From Sphagnum compactum (taxonomy: Eukaryota), in assembly GCA_965153455.1 (NCBI GenBank), contig OZ234493.1:1-64000 (forward strand): 64,000 nt of DNA. The letters are read 5' to 3'. The notes beneath the pieces are model-generated. The model searched no databases, was not told the DNA's origin, and was given only the letters and a program-made list of their open reading frames with translations. Below are positions 25,486 through 37,289 of this stretch, in pieces. The translations under genes were made by a program, and so were the position numbers. The first letter of the stretch is position 1. Each line of letters begins with the position of its first letter.

Positions 25486-26703
25486 GAGCTCTTTGATCCC
25501 ACTGCCATGGCCACAATCCGTGAATGTCTGTGACGAACAGACACCACCACATTTGCTTTAATATATAGGATCTTGCAATGAGAAGGAATCTTGTAAATAC
25601 GATCTAGTTTACTTTTACTGTCATTTGTAAGAAAAATTAAACAATATCCCCTTTAAGTAAATGTTTTTTTTCTTATCGTAAACGGCAGGGCTAGCATGTG
25701 ACGCATGCCGTGCCCGTCGTGTTTTGTTTGTCCTTGACGGCGAACATGTGTCGTTCGAATAAACCTTGGCCGGATTGTGTGGTGGATGAAATTGAACCCG
25801 TAAAATGCAATTTCGTCCCATGAATGAAGATTTGATGTGAGTCGTAATGGTTTACAATACAAATGTCAGTCGCGAGAATGAAACCCTAATGTTAAATTAT
25901 GGATAATGGAGCGGGGGAAAATTGATATTTACTTAAAATGGATGTCATATTAATTTCCTTAAAGAATTACTTTGTTATTTCCAAGACCGGGGGGAGGGAG
26001 GGGGGGGGAGGGGAAGGAGGTTCAATTCCCTGCACCCTCGGTCCTCCTATTCTTGTCTGAGCTCTGGTTCGACGATCAGCCTAAACCCCCCCTGCCGCGC
26101 CCCCCTCTTCCCTCTTCTACTTGCGATTGGTCGCCTTTTGTTATTTTTCGTCAAGCCGCACACATTTTCGCCCTCTTCTTATTCGATTTTCCGTCGCTCG
26201 AATCATTCATTTTGTTAGGATGTCTTTTTTTTACCAGCGGTTAAAATTGTTGAACTTTTTCCCTCAGCGAACGAATGTAAACGCGGAGAGCCCAGAGTCC
26301 GCTTTACAGAGCTTTGAGCATTTGGAGGATAGAATCAATGTTGTTTTCGTCTTTCCACTCGCACACTTCCATGCTTTGGAAGGGGCCACGGGGCGCACGG
26401 GGCACGGTGGTTAGATGGCATCGCAAATTCGACTGCATATATACGCCTGAACCTTTATTCCGGCACTGAGACCCGGTAAGCGCACGGACCGGATGTCTTC
26501 GGTGTGTGCAGGAATTTGATCTTGCGTAGATGTTATGTTCGGGAAAACCAATGCGTACACTGAAATCAGAACTGCATTTTCCTATGGTTCTAGGTTGCAG
26601 GTTGGTTTGACTGGGCTCGAGTCATTCGTGTTTTGCCCGTGGACATTGTCGATCACAACTCTTATGCCTTCTCAAAACATCTGTCCATTATCAACCGATA
26701 TTC

Positions 26704-29700
26704 ATGGCCGATTTCCGATGCCCCGAGTGTAACATTTGTTTCGCCACTTCTCATCAACGCGATGGACATCGCCGAATGGTGCATCAATCAACCTGTAAGA
26801 TTCGTACCACCACCGGTGGAATTACCGTCAATCGATCGATTGACGGCAAATATCCTTGCCCCGTGGAGGGCTGCAAGAGCACATTTGAACGCAGTGACAA
26901 GCTCCAGGGCCATTTCAAAGTGCGACATGCGGAACAGAGCGATTCCGCCCTAAATCAAGATCTTGACGACAACGACGCGCAAATTAGAGCAATGTCCCTG
27001 GGCATGTTAATCCAACCGCCCATCGAACAAACACCGAAACTGCTCCGTGATGTCGGCCTTGCGGTTCTCAACATCGCGGATGGCATTCGTCTCCTGTTCT
27101 GCAGGGTTTGCGACGTCTGTCTGGAGCCCGAGGCTCGCCGTGTGCATAACCACTTACTGGGGCACGACAATTGGAGAGCTCCCAAACGACATCGCAACGG
27201 TGGCCTCCGTCGCGTGACTGGGATCCCACCTGTTACGGATTTCGCATCGTCGTTCGACGAGATCAAGTTCACCCAGTTGCAAGACCCTCGCCTGGAAAGG
27301 TATACCACATCTCCACAGCAGGACCTTTTGCCGGTGGTCCCAGGGATAAAGGTTGTGAACGGATATCGATGCGAGGCGGATGGATGTGCGTACTATTCCG
27401 CCACCAAGAAGATTATGGGCAATCATCGTCGGGCCAAACATTTCTTCTTACCGGTTCATGCCAACGGTCAACCGTGTCAGGTGCAGCGCCTTTTGAAAAA
27501 GGTCGGGTACACCGTGTATTTTGGTGTGGACCACCAAAATGTGGAGCTCGAAGGCGCAGGTGCACGTTTCGTTGCAGGCCCACCAATGTTCCATGCGGAA
27601 CGCGGCACCAAATCCATCCATTCGTGAATTGAGTCCATGGCTGAGAGTGTCTCGTTGGCTCGCCGTCAACCACATCATTCCGGAAGGTACGCCGTTGGAC
27701 CGCATCAAGCGAGCGAGCGTGCTTCCGAACCCAATCGGCGAGGAATCCAATTTGGATCGTTTGCCCTCGATGGTCCGAGCGTATTTGGAGAATGCGCAGG
27801 CCATGATCGGTCGTGTGCCATACCATCTCAGGCGGTTGGTCGTTTCAGTGGTAGATTCCCCCCTGGCCGCGGTGGGGCTCAACCAGCTTTGGGTGCCATC
27901 CACCATAACCAGATATTGTACGTTGATGACCAAGCTACTCACTATGATGGTTCGATCCAGGGACAGCGCCCCGGTGGATGACGAGCCATTCGTCAACGTT
28001 CTGGGCGATTTGCATTCGGATCTCGGAGATGCGCTGGAGAATCTCATCTCTCACATTCGAAGTCGACGAGACGCGGACGGGGATGACGAAGATCTCGTTC
28101 CCATCCACACGGTGTTGCTCCACATTTGCAGATCCGGTCGTTCAACACGGGCTCCAAACCGGTTGTCCGATAATCAGGTTCCTGATCATGAACAGCTTGA
28201 AGTCGGACCCTCCGTCGACCAACCTCGCGTTCGAACATGTTCGACGCGTGTCGGGTCCCGTAGCCATTCTCCAGTATTGGTGGAGATGCACGATCCTCAT
28301 GCAGCTGGTGCGTCCGATGTGGCAGCCCGATCACCCCCCCATCCCGTGGTGCGAAGCCGACGAGTGGCTCGCTTGCGTTCGCGAGAACGCCAAGGACACA
28401 CCGTTCAGCAGACTGCGAGAGACCATGCGCCTCGCGGGGACGATGTCGGGCGACGAACCCTGCATCCCGAGACTCGTTCGGATCGGTCCCATGGCGTGCA
28501 CGATCGATGGTCAAGCCGTCACCATCGACACTTTACGAAACCTGGTCGGCGAACTGCTCCGTGGGGCAAATCAGGTGATGAGAAACCAATTGTTGCTAGG
28601 ACTCCGGAGAACCTGGATCGACCGGGTGATAGCGGAGGGTAGCGTCGCGGACAGGGCGAACGAAGACGAAGTCGGGTATTCTTTCTTGTCGGATGACCGT
28701 AACGAATTTCATCGTCACTGACAAGATCTTGCCATCCACCTTTTCAGCGATCGGCGTACCCGAGGTCTTTTCGTCAAAGGCACAGAAGGCGATCGATCCA
28801 TCGTATGGAATCAAAATGCCTTGGCGATGTGGGCCAAGGCGGCGGATCGTATGCACACGTTGTTATTTTTGCTCATGCATTTCACCGTCGGCGGTCCTCC
28901 TCGCGGCGAGGAGTACAGGAGCTACCTCCTTCGCAACACGGAGCATTTCGAGAGGACATTTTATTGGTCTGCTGGCACCATCATGACCTTCCAGAGATAC
29001 CACAAGGGCGCCAACGCAGGGCGGCCGATCAAACTAATACCCCGTTTCCTACCCCCAGAACTCAATTCACTCTTCATCGAATATATGTTGCTGGTGAGGC
29101 CGGTGCAGTCCTTCATCGCGGGTTTGCGCGGAAACATTGACGCGGCCCGACAACACATGGACCTTTGGGCCATTCAACGAGATGTCGCCATGGACGGCGA
29201 AGATGTTTCCCGTTTGGTGGCCACGGCGTTCCTCGAGCGCGCAAATCTCGATCTGGGGATCGCGGATTATCGTCACCTGGCCGCTTACTTCGGTAGTGCC
29301 ATCAAGCAAAGTTATTGCACGGAATTTCCCATCGACGACACGTCGGGGCACTCTTCGACCACGGCCGCACGACAGTACGCCAATTGTTCCAACAATCACA
29401 GATTCATGGACAGTCAACAGATGTACACGTACAGATTGGCCGCCGAAGCGTGGCATCGCTTGTTGCAACTCGACCGGAGCCCGGTCCGAAACCCTCCGAC
29501 CGGTGGTTCGACCGACGAGGTTCCTATGGGTGTCGACTGACCCGATGGCCATTGTTCGTCGCAACCCCAGTGCGCCTCTCTCCTCGCATCTCTCGTGTGT
29601 TTGGTCACACAGACCGTCCCTCAACCAACCTTGCCGCCACCGCCCGAGGATCAAACGCACGAAGTGCGTTCTCTGCGAGCTCTTCGTCGACTGGGCCACG

Positions 29701-31424
29701 CATAGTGGACGTGCAAGGAACAAGGTTTGGCCGTGACGTTGGTCCTGGAAAACAGGGTCGATGTTTTGGTGGTCATGCCCACCGGACACGGCAAAACGGC
29801 TGTGTTCATGATCCCGCCGATGGTGACGGCTCGCACCGTCATCGTGGTGGTGCCCCTGACGATCCTCGTCCGCGGACACGAAGCGGACGCAACCCGAGCC
29901 GGCTTACGACATGCGACCTACGGCACGAACACGGTCACATTCGACGATCCTCCGTCCATCTTGTTCGTATCGGTGGAACGTGCGGCCAGTCCCGGGTTCG
30001 TGGAACTCACGCATATGTTGAACCATTTGAAAAAGCTTCACTGCGTCGTCGTGGATGAAGCGCATTTGCTGCTGTCAGATTTCAGACCCGTCATGAAGCG
30101 CCTTTTGTCGTTGTGGGCCGTGGGATGCCAGCTCGTCGCGTTGATGGCCTCCCTGTCCCCTTCCGAAGAGACGGACCTCAAGATCGTGATGTCCGCGAGA
30201 TTCGCCGTCGTCCGGATGTCCACGGTGCGCCCGTTGATCGAGTACGTCGTCGATGAGGTGGCCGACGTGGACGAGGAAATCGTTCAACAGCTCATTTAAT
30301 GGGATTGCAACGTCTCTTCCGAGACGGACAGGGCCATGGTGTATTGCTTGACGCGACAGTCGGTCGAGCAAGTGGCGTCCATGGCCAACAACGTGGCGTG
30401 CGTGAGGACCGCTCACCTTCACGCCCATCTCGACGACGACGCTAAGAAGGCGCAGTTGCAGTCGTGGCTCTCGGGCGAAGCGCGCGTCGTGGTGGCGACC
30501 GCGGTCATCGGCTGCGAGTACAACTATCCGTCGGTCCGGCTCGTCATTCATCGCGGATCTTTCAGATCTTTTGCTGCTCTGCACCAAGAGTCCGGGCGAC
30601 TCGCCCGTGACGGCCGACCGAGTACCAGCAGAGTGATTTCTAGCACGAAATCTAGAGCCGAAGCTCTGCACCTCGATTCCTCCTTCGCCGAGCCCAACGT
30701 TTGGATCACGGACACGGAGAATTGTCGACGCCACCATCTTCATTTGGCTGTGGACGGCCAACCGCAACAGTGCAGCCTGATTCCCGTCGCACAACCCTGC
30801 GACAACTGTTTGCGGCAATGGCGAGCGGTGTTGCAGCAACCCTCCTCGCCGTTGCCGATGCTCAGCGTGCGTGGCACGGCGCTCACCTCTTTCGTGAACG
30901 AGGATCGCGCAGCCCTGACGAATTTTTGTCGATTCGCTGGTCCCGAAGAACTCGATTGTCTCTTGTGTTGTGTTTACGGCGGTGATGGAAACGTGCGTCA
31001 CCCCAGTCAAAATTGTCCGTTGTTGCTGGACGGTCGTCGATGCTTCAAATGTCTGGGATCGCATCCTAGGTCGGATTGTCGTAATTCCATTCCCCAATCA
31101 CCCGACGTTTGTCCCAAGTGCCACCTTTCGCACAACGGGCCAGCGTTGGACAACGTCCCATTGCACGAAGGAAGGTACGGTGTCGATTGCCCGGGTCAGA
31201 TCCGGGGCGAACGATATCGAATTCTTATTTGGGCCATTTGGCGTCGCAACCCGTCGGACATGCGCAAGGCCATGCCGAAATTGATGAACATCACTCGCGA
31301 CGAAGAGTTGGCTCGATGAATGGGACTGAAGGCCTTCGGCCGGTCCGTTACCAACTTTGCACGATTGGCGGATGCATGCATTCGAATGCTGGAGCGGGAC
31401 CATAGATGTACAAGCCGATTTTAG
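26704..31424 (+). pseudogene. Decayed C2H2-ZnF / DUF3505-like / tyrosine-recombinase / RecQ-helicase / Zn-knuckle polyprotein gene (telomere-linked-helicase-like, probable mobile-element gene)
   Basis: Two N-terminal C2H2 fingers (CPEC..HRRMVH; CPVEGC..HFKVRH). DUF3505-like LFCRVC..H..GYRC..C..H..CQVQRL..YFGV, then SPWL..SRW. YR-like GGPPRGEE, YHK, DYRH, GHS, QYA. Helicase MPTGHGKT, VVDEAH, QESGRLARDG, RecQ Zn module CRR..C..CDNC, then CxxC..H..C knuckles. Two frameshifts (~27590, ~28130) and five in-frame stops (28719, 29538, 29703, 30297, 31317). Confidence 0.88.
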
Positions 31425-31694
31425 GATTGCGATCGTAAGTCCGACGACTGGTAGCCTCCTTCGGGCGTATTGTTCATGCCTCTTTCGGTTGCTGTCGACA
31501 TCTTGTTTCGTGCGCACCGGCAGGAAGTCGACGAGCGTTCAACAGTCGGAGTCTGTAAATTAAATTAGGTGGGGTTGCGACAGCGTCGAGAGCTTCTCAG
31601 AATGTCGGATTGAAAAAATCGAAGGGAATTGGATTACAATATGTGGATATCTGTTGGTTCTGCACTGATGACAAGATCATTGTTGATATGGCAG

Positions 31695-31793
31695 CTAGCA
31701 TTTCCAAAAGGACTCGCTGCTACAGCCGGAAGACTAAGAGTAGCACCCAGCACTCCAATAATATTTGATGTTCAATTGTTGTACATACCTAAT
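31695..31793 (+). pseudogene. Terminal exon fragment of a plastid FKBP-type peptidyl-prolyl isomerase
   Basis: CAG|LAFPKGLAATAGRLRVAPSTPIIFDVQLLYIP resembles the C-terminus of thylakoid FKBP16-3-type proteins. Confidence 0.7.
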
Positions 31794-31807
31794 GTCTCAT
31801 TTTCTAT

Positions 31808-33776
31808 TGGCGAGTAAAAAGCTTTCGACCCTGAGAACCTTCCGATTAACAAAGGAATCGGCTCACCATTCAGGGAGTGCATTCAAAGATCATCTTTTTC
31901 TTAACAATGATGTTGTACAAATCGTGCGGATTCTCTCCTGAGGTTCTTTTGGCCATTTTCCAAATGAAATTTGAAAACATTCACCAGAAATATAGAAGGT
32001 TGCCTCCCTAAAATCTGCAATTTGTAGAGTTGTCGCCAATGGATGCTGGATTCTTTTGGGAATGCTCACCGATGATGCCGCAGCTGCAGGACCGAAAAAT
32101 AGTGGATTGCACTTGAATTGCATACACATTTTTTTTGCCACAGAGCATGCACCTTCTACTTTGCTTTCATGTACCAGGAAATGCAAACTACACAACTGTA
32201 TCAGCTTCTTCATCCGCTTCGTACCTGGAGCTTTCTTAGTGAATTGACGATGCTTCAGTGACTCCATTTCGAGAGTTTTCTCATATCTTACGATCTCCTA
32301 GTTTGCTAAACTTCCACTTCACCTCAATTCATTACAGATCGATACCTCAAGGTTCTATCTGCACTCCAAACTTGACTGTTCAAAAAAGGCTGGTCAGTGT
32401 TACCAGAATAACTGGCACTGTAAAGGGCGTTACCGGTTATGTTATTCTTAACTACGCAGAATGTCACAACCGTGTTGTGACCACGAATGCTCATGCAACC
32501 TCCATTTTGACTTGTGATAGGATAGCCTCACAGAATTCTGGAAGAATTAGTAAATCGTACAGCAAAAAGATGAACTGGCTTCACGACCAGCGGCAGTATT
32601 GTCTGAGGTGCGTTCCTTGAAGGAGCCTATTGATTCAAAAAGGTTGAAATTGACTTCAACATGTCATTTTCTAGTGGCGAGTACAAAGCTGACGACCTTA
32701 AGACCCTAAACCCGATTGACAAAGGAATCAGCTCACAACTCAAGTAGTGTATTCAAAGAGATCATTTTTTTTCTTAACAATGGTGATATACAAATCTTGT
32801 GGATTCTCTCCTGAGGTTCTTTTGGCCATTTTCCAAAAGAAATTTGAAAAACATCCACCGGAAATATTGAAGGTTGCCTCCTTAAAATCTACAATTTGTA
32901 CAGTTGTCGCTAATGGATGCTAGATTCTTTTGGGAATGCTCACCGACGATGCTGCAGCAGCAAGACCGGAAAAAATAGTGGATTGCACTTGAATTGCAGA
33001 CACATTTTGTTCGCCACAGAGCATGCACCCTTTACTTTGCTTTCGTGTACCAGGAAATGCAAACTACACGACTGTATCAGCTTCTTCATCCACTTCGTAC
33101 CTGGAGCTTTCTTAGTGAATTGAAGATGCTTCAATGACTCCGTTCCGAAAGTTTTCTCATATCTTGCGATCTCCTAGTTTGCTAAACTTCCACTTCACCT
33201 CGATTCATTACAGATCGATACCTCCAGGTTCTATCTGCACTCCAAGCTTGACTGTTCAGAAAAGCTGGTCAATGTTACCAGAATAACTGGCACTGTAAAG
33301 GGCGTTACCGGTTATGTCATTCGGGTTGTGATCACGAATGCTCATGCAACTTCAATTTCGACTTGTGATAGGATAGCCTCACAGAATTCTCGTAGGATTA
33401 GTAGACTGTACAGCAAAAAGATGAGCTGGCTTCACGACCAGCAGCAATATTGTCTAAGGTGCGTTCCTTTAAGGAGCCTATTGATTCAAAAAGGTGGAAA
33501 TTGACTTCGACGTGTCATTTTCTATTGAAATTGGACGTTCGAGGGAGCGACTCACATAAACATTCACATTTCACCGAGGTGGGAAAGAGCCAGCAACGAA
33601 TCAAAGTTCTCGTTCAAGGTGAAAGTACCACGTCGTCGGGTCAAATGGTAGGCTGGGCAATCTCTGAATCGATGCACCAAGAAGATGCAACAGGTGATCT
33701 AATTTCTCGTAGCCCCAGCCAACATGACTTACTCCTGCGATGTGTGGGGTCCCTTCAATTGCCATACCGGCAAGGA
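31808..33776. repeat. Tandem ~870-bp duplication; its distal part is also copied at 20880-21458
   Basis: GGCGAGTA(A/C)AAAGCT starts at ~31809 and ~32676. The GGTTCTATCTGCAC..AAAGGGCGTTAC..GGAGCCTATTGATTCAAAA block occurs at ~20880, ~32350 and ~33227. Confidence 0.88.
33650..33774 (-). pseudogene. murA: C-terminal fragment of plant MurA, copy 2
   Basis: LAGMAIEGTPHIAGVSHVGWGYEKLDHLLHLLGASIQRL within ORF 33601-33843; paralogous to 21333-21458. Confidence 0.78.
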
Positions 33777-33800
33777 TTCCTCCTTTGCCGAACCCAACGT

Positions 33801-36633
33801 TTGTGGACATTTTGTGTGGAGAGATTATGATATACTTGTCCATACTACATTTGTTTTTTCACAAGCTCCGGTCTTTTACTTCTGCTTCTAGAACCAACAC
33901 TCAGTCTGGTTCGAGTTCTGCCTCTAGAGTCAAGACTAAGTTCGGTTCGGGTTGCAGCTGCGGACCTTGTTTGGAACCCGGATTTCGATATCAGACTGCA
34001 GCTCGAATGAGGACCTTAGTGATGTTTTGGATTGGCTAATGTATCATGAGTGCTTGTCAACATGTTTATTGAGTCTCAGATTGCTGCCAGAATAATGCAA
34101 GATAAATGCAAGGTGCGGATTTTGTAGAGTTGTTTGTGGACATTTTTTGCGGAGAGATTATGGTATACTTGTCCGTACTACTTTTGTTTTTTCAAAAGCT
34201 CCGCCCTCTTACTTCTACTTCGAGAACCAGCACTGAGTTTGGTTCGAGTTCTGCCTCTAGAGTCAAGACTAAGATAGGTTCGGGTTGCAGTTGCGAATCT
34301 TGTTTTGAACCCGGATTCGGATATCAGACTGCAACTTGAATGAGGACACTACCGATGTTTTGGATTAGCTAATGTATCACGAGTGCTTGTCAACATCTTT
34401 ATTGAGTCTTCGGATTGCTGCCAGAATAATGCAAGAGAAATGCAGGCTGCAGATTTTGTATAGCTGTTTGTGGACATTTTTTGTGGAGAGATTATGGTAT
34501 ACTTGTCCATACTACATTTGTTTTTTCAAAAGCTCCGCCCTCTTACTTCTGCTTCTAGAACCAACACTAAATTTGGTTCGGGTTGCAGCTGCGAATCTTG
34601 TTTGGAACCCGGATTCGGATATCAGACTGCAGCTCGAATGAGGACACTAGTGATGTTTTGGATTCGCTAATGTATCATGAGTGCTTGTCAACATCTTTAT
34701 TGAGTCTTCAGATTGCTACGAGAATAATGCAGGAGAAATGCTGGATGCAGATTTTATATAGTTGTTTATGGACATTTTTTGTGGAGAGATTATGGTATAC
34801 TTGTCCATATTACTTTTGCTTTTTCAAAAGCTCCGGCCTTTTACTTCTGCTTCTAGAACCAACACTCAGTTTGGTTCGAGTTCTACCTCTAGACTCAAGA
34901 CTAAGTTTGGTTCGGGTTGCAGCTGCGGATCTTGTTTGGAACCTGGATTCAGATACCAGACTGCAGCTCGAATGAGGACCCTAATGATGTTTTGGATTGG
35001 CTAATGTATCATGAGTGCTTGTCAACATCTTTACTGAGTCTTAGATTGCTGCTAGAATAATGCAAGGGACATGCAGGATGCAGATTTTCTATAGCTGTTT
35101 GTGGACATTTTGTGTGGAGAGATTATGGTATACTTGTCCATACTACATTTGTTTTTTCAAAAGCTCCGCCCTCTTACTTCTGCTTCTAGAACCAACACTA
35201 AGTTTGGTTCGAGTTCTGCCTCTGGACGCAAGACTAAATTTGGTTCGGGTTGCAGCGGCGGATCTTGTCTGGAACCCGGATTCGGATATCAGACTGCAGC
35301 TCGAATGAGGACCCTAGTGATGTTTTGGATTGGCTAATGTATCATGAGTGCTTGTCAACATCTTTATTGAGTCTCATGTTGCTGCCAGAATAATGCAAGA
35401 GAAACGCAAGATGCAGATTTTGTATAGCTCTTTGTGGACATTTTTTTTGAGGAGAGATTATGGTGTACTTTTTCCATACTACTTTTGTTTTTTCAAGAGC
35501 TCCGGCCTTTTACTTCTGCTTCTAGAACCAACACTCAGTTTGGTTCGAGTTCTACCTCTAGACCCAAGACTAAGTTTGGTTCGGGTTGCAGCTGCGAATC
35601 TTGTTGTGAACCCGGATTCGGATATCAGACTGCAGCTTGAATGAGGACACTACTGATGTTTCGGATTAGCTAATGTATCATCAGTGCTTGTCAACATCTT
35701 TATTGAGTCTTCAGATTGCTGCCAGAATAATGCAAGAGAAATACAGGATGCAAATTTTGTATAGCTGTTTGTGGACATTTTTTGTGGAGAGATTATGGTA
35801 TACTTGTCCATACTACATTTGTTTTTTCAAAAGCTCCGGCCTTTTGACTTCTGCTTCTAGAACCAACACTGAGTTTGGTTCGAGTTCTGCCTCTAGACTC
35901 AAGACTAAGTTTGGTTTGGGTTGCAGCTGCGGATCTTGTTTTGAACCCGGATTTGGATATCAGACTGCAGCTTGAATGAGGACCCTCGTGATGTTTTGGA
36001 TTCGCTAATGTATCATGAGTGCTTGTCAACATCTTTATTGAGTCTTCGGATTGCTGCCAGAATAATGCAAGAGAGATGTAGGATGCAGATTTTGTATAGC
36101 TGTTTGTGGACATTTTTTGTGGAGAGATTATGGTATACTTGTCCATACTACATTTGCTTTTTCAAAAGCTCCGGCCTTTTCCTTCTGCTTCTAGAGCCAA
36201 CATTAAGTTTGGTTCGAGTTCTACTTCTAGATGCAAGAGTAAGTTTGGTTCGGGTTGCAACTGCGGATCTTGTTTTGAACCCGGATTCGGATATCAGACT
36301 GCAGCTAGAATGAGGACACTAGTGATGTTTTGGATTCGCTAATGTATCATGAGAGATTGTCAACATCTTTATTGAGTCTTCGGATTGCTGCCAGAATAAT
36401 GCAAGAGACATGCAGGATGCAGATTTTGTATAGCTGTTTGTGGACATTTTTTGTGGAGAGATTATGGTATACTTGTCCATACTACATTTTTTTTTTCAAA
36501 AGCTCCGGCCTTTCACTTCTGCTTCTAGAACCAACACTGAGTTTGGTTCAAGTTATGCTTTTAGACTCAAGAGTAAGTTTGGTTCGGGTTGCAGCTGCGG
36601 ATCTTGTTTTGAACCCGGATTCGGATATCAGAC
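33801..36633. repeat. Tandem array, ~334-bp unit, 8.6 copies
   Basis: (G/A)TGGACATTTT..GGAGAGATTATG at 33803, 34136, 34470, 34768, 35101, 35434, 35771, 36106 and 36440 (spacings 333, 334, 298, 333, 333, 337, 335, 334). Confidence 0.95.
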
Positions 36634-37289
36634 TCGGAGAAGGTTGTTTGACTTCTTCCAAGCCTTTTTGATCTCATATCTTGGATATCATAATCATATT
36701 GAAAGCACAACAGTTTCAGAAAGTCACCGTTTACCTTCCTCCAACTTCGACCGAAGTTCTGGACACCTTGCTTTGGCAACACAAACAGAGATAGGTTTTT
36801 GAGTATTCAGAGCATGCATAGTGTCTACATTTCAGCTGACTGCTTGTCTTTCTTGGAGTTTTCTTCTCGTGCTGCGAGCCTGGGAGGAGGACGGGTTTCT
36901 CGGAATGGACGATGTGTTTTTCAGGACTTTTGTTCACAATAGTTGCAACGAGATTTGTTTCTCAGTTATGAGTGAGTGTTTCGACTACTTTGGAGTGGTT
37001 GGGTGCTCTTTTCGTACAACAGTTGCTGGGGGTTGGTGCAGGTCGTTGGGTTCGTTTATAGCTCTGAGCTATGTGCATCATGTGGATTGTGCTTACATCA
37101 ATTCCTCCGAGAAGGTTGACGACCCTTGTTCCTGATCTGCAAGGTCAATTCTGCAACTACCGAAACAGCTGATAGAAGGACCGGTCTCAATTGGTCAACG
37201 GCCAGGAAGAAGATTTGAAACCTGTATGATGTATGAACTAGAGAAAATGTGGATTTCTGAAAGTACCCGATTGTGCATGGATATGGCGG

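Noticed and set aside
21460-25570. Canonical Helitron on the minus strand (A|TCCTATATATTAAAG at 25570; CTAG with adjacent hairpin at ~21460)
   Set aside because: Other copies of the same end are flanked by G rather than T, the GLX2 junction places GG outside the element, and the hairpin spacing at 21460 is atypical. Kept only as an alternative reading.
26704-31424. Simple fungal or bacterial contamination as the explanation of the GC-rich block
   Set aside because: It is pseudogenised by transition-type stops, flanked by plant gene fragments, and a 29-bp piece of it recurs at 33775 within the plant-derived mosaic. Long reads would still be the decisive test.
26955-31517. Long antisense and alternate-frame ORFs (e.g. 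30075-31097, 29067-29879) over the YR-RecQ gene
   Set aside because: Shadow ORFs expected in GC-rich coding DNA; no motifs.
33740-36802. Repeated 66-130-aa ORFs in the 334-bp array
   Set aside because: Products of the tandem repeat, with inconsistent starts, stops and frameshifts between units.
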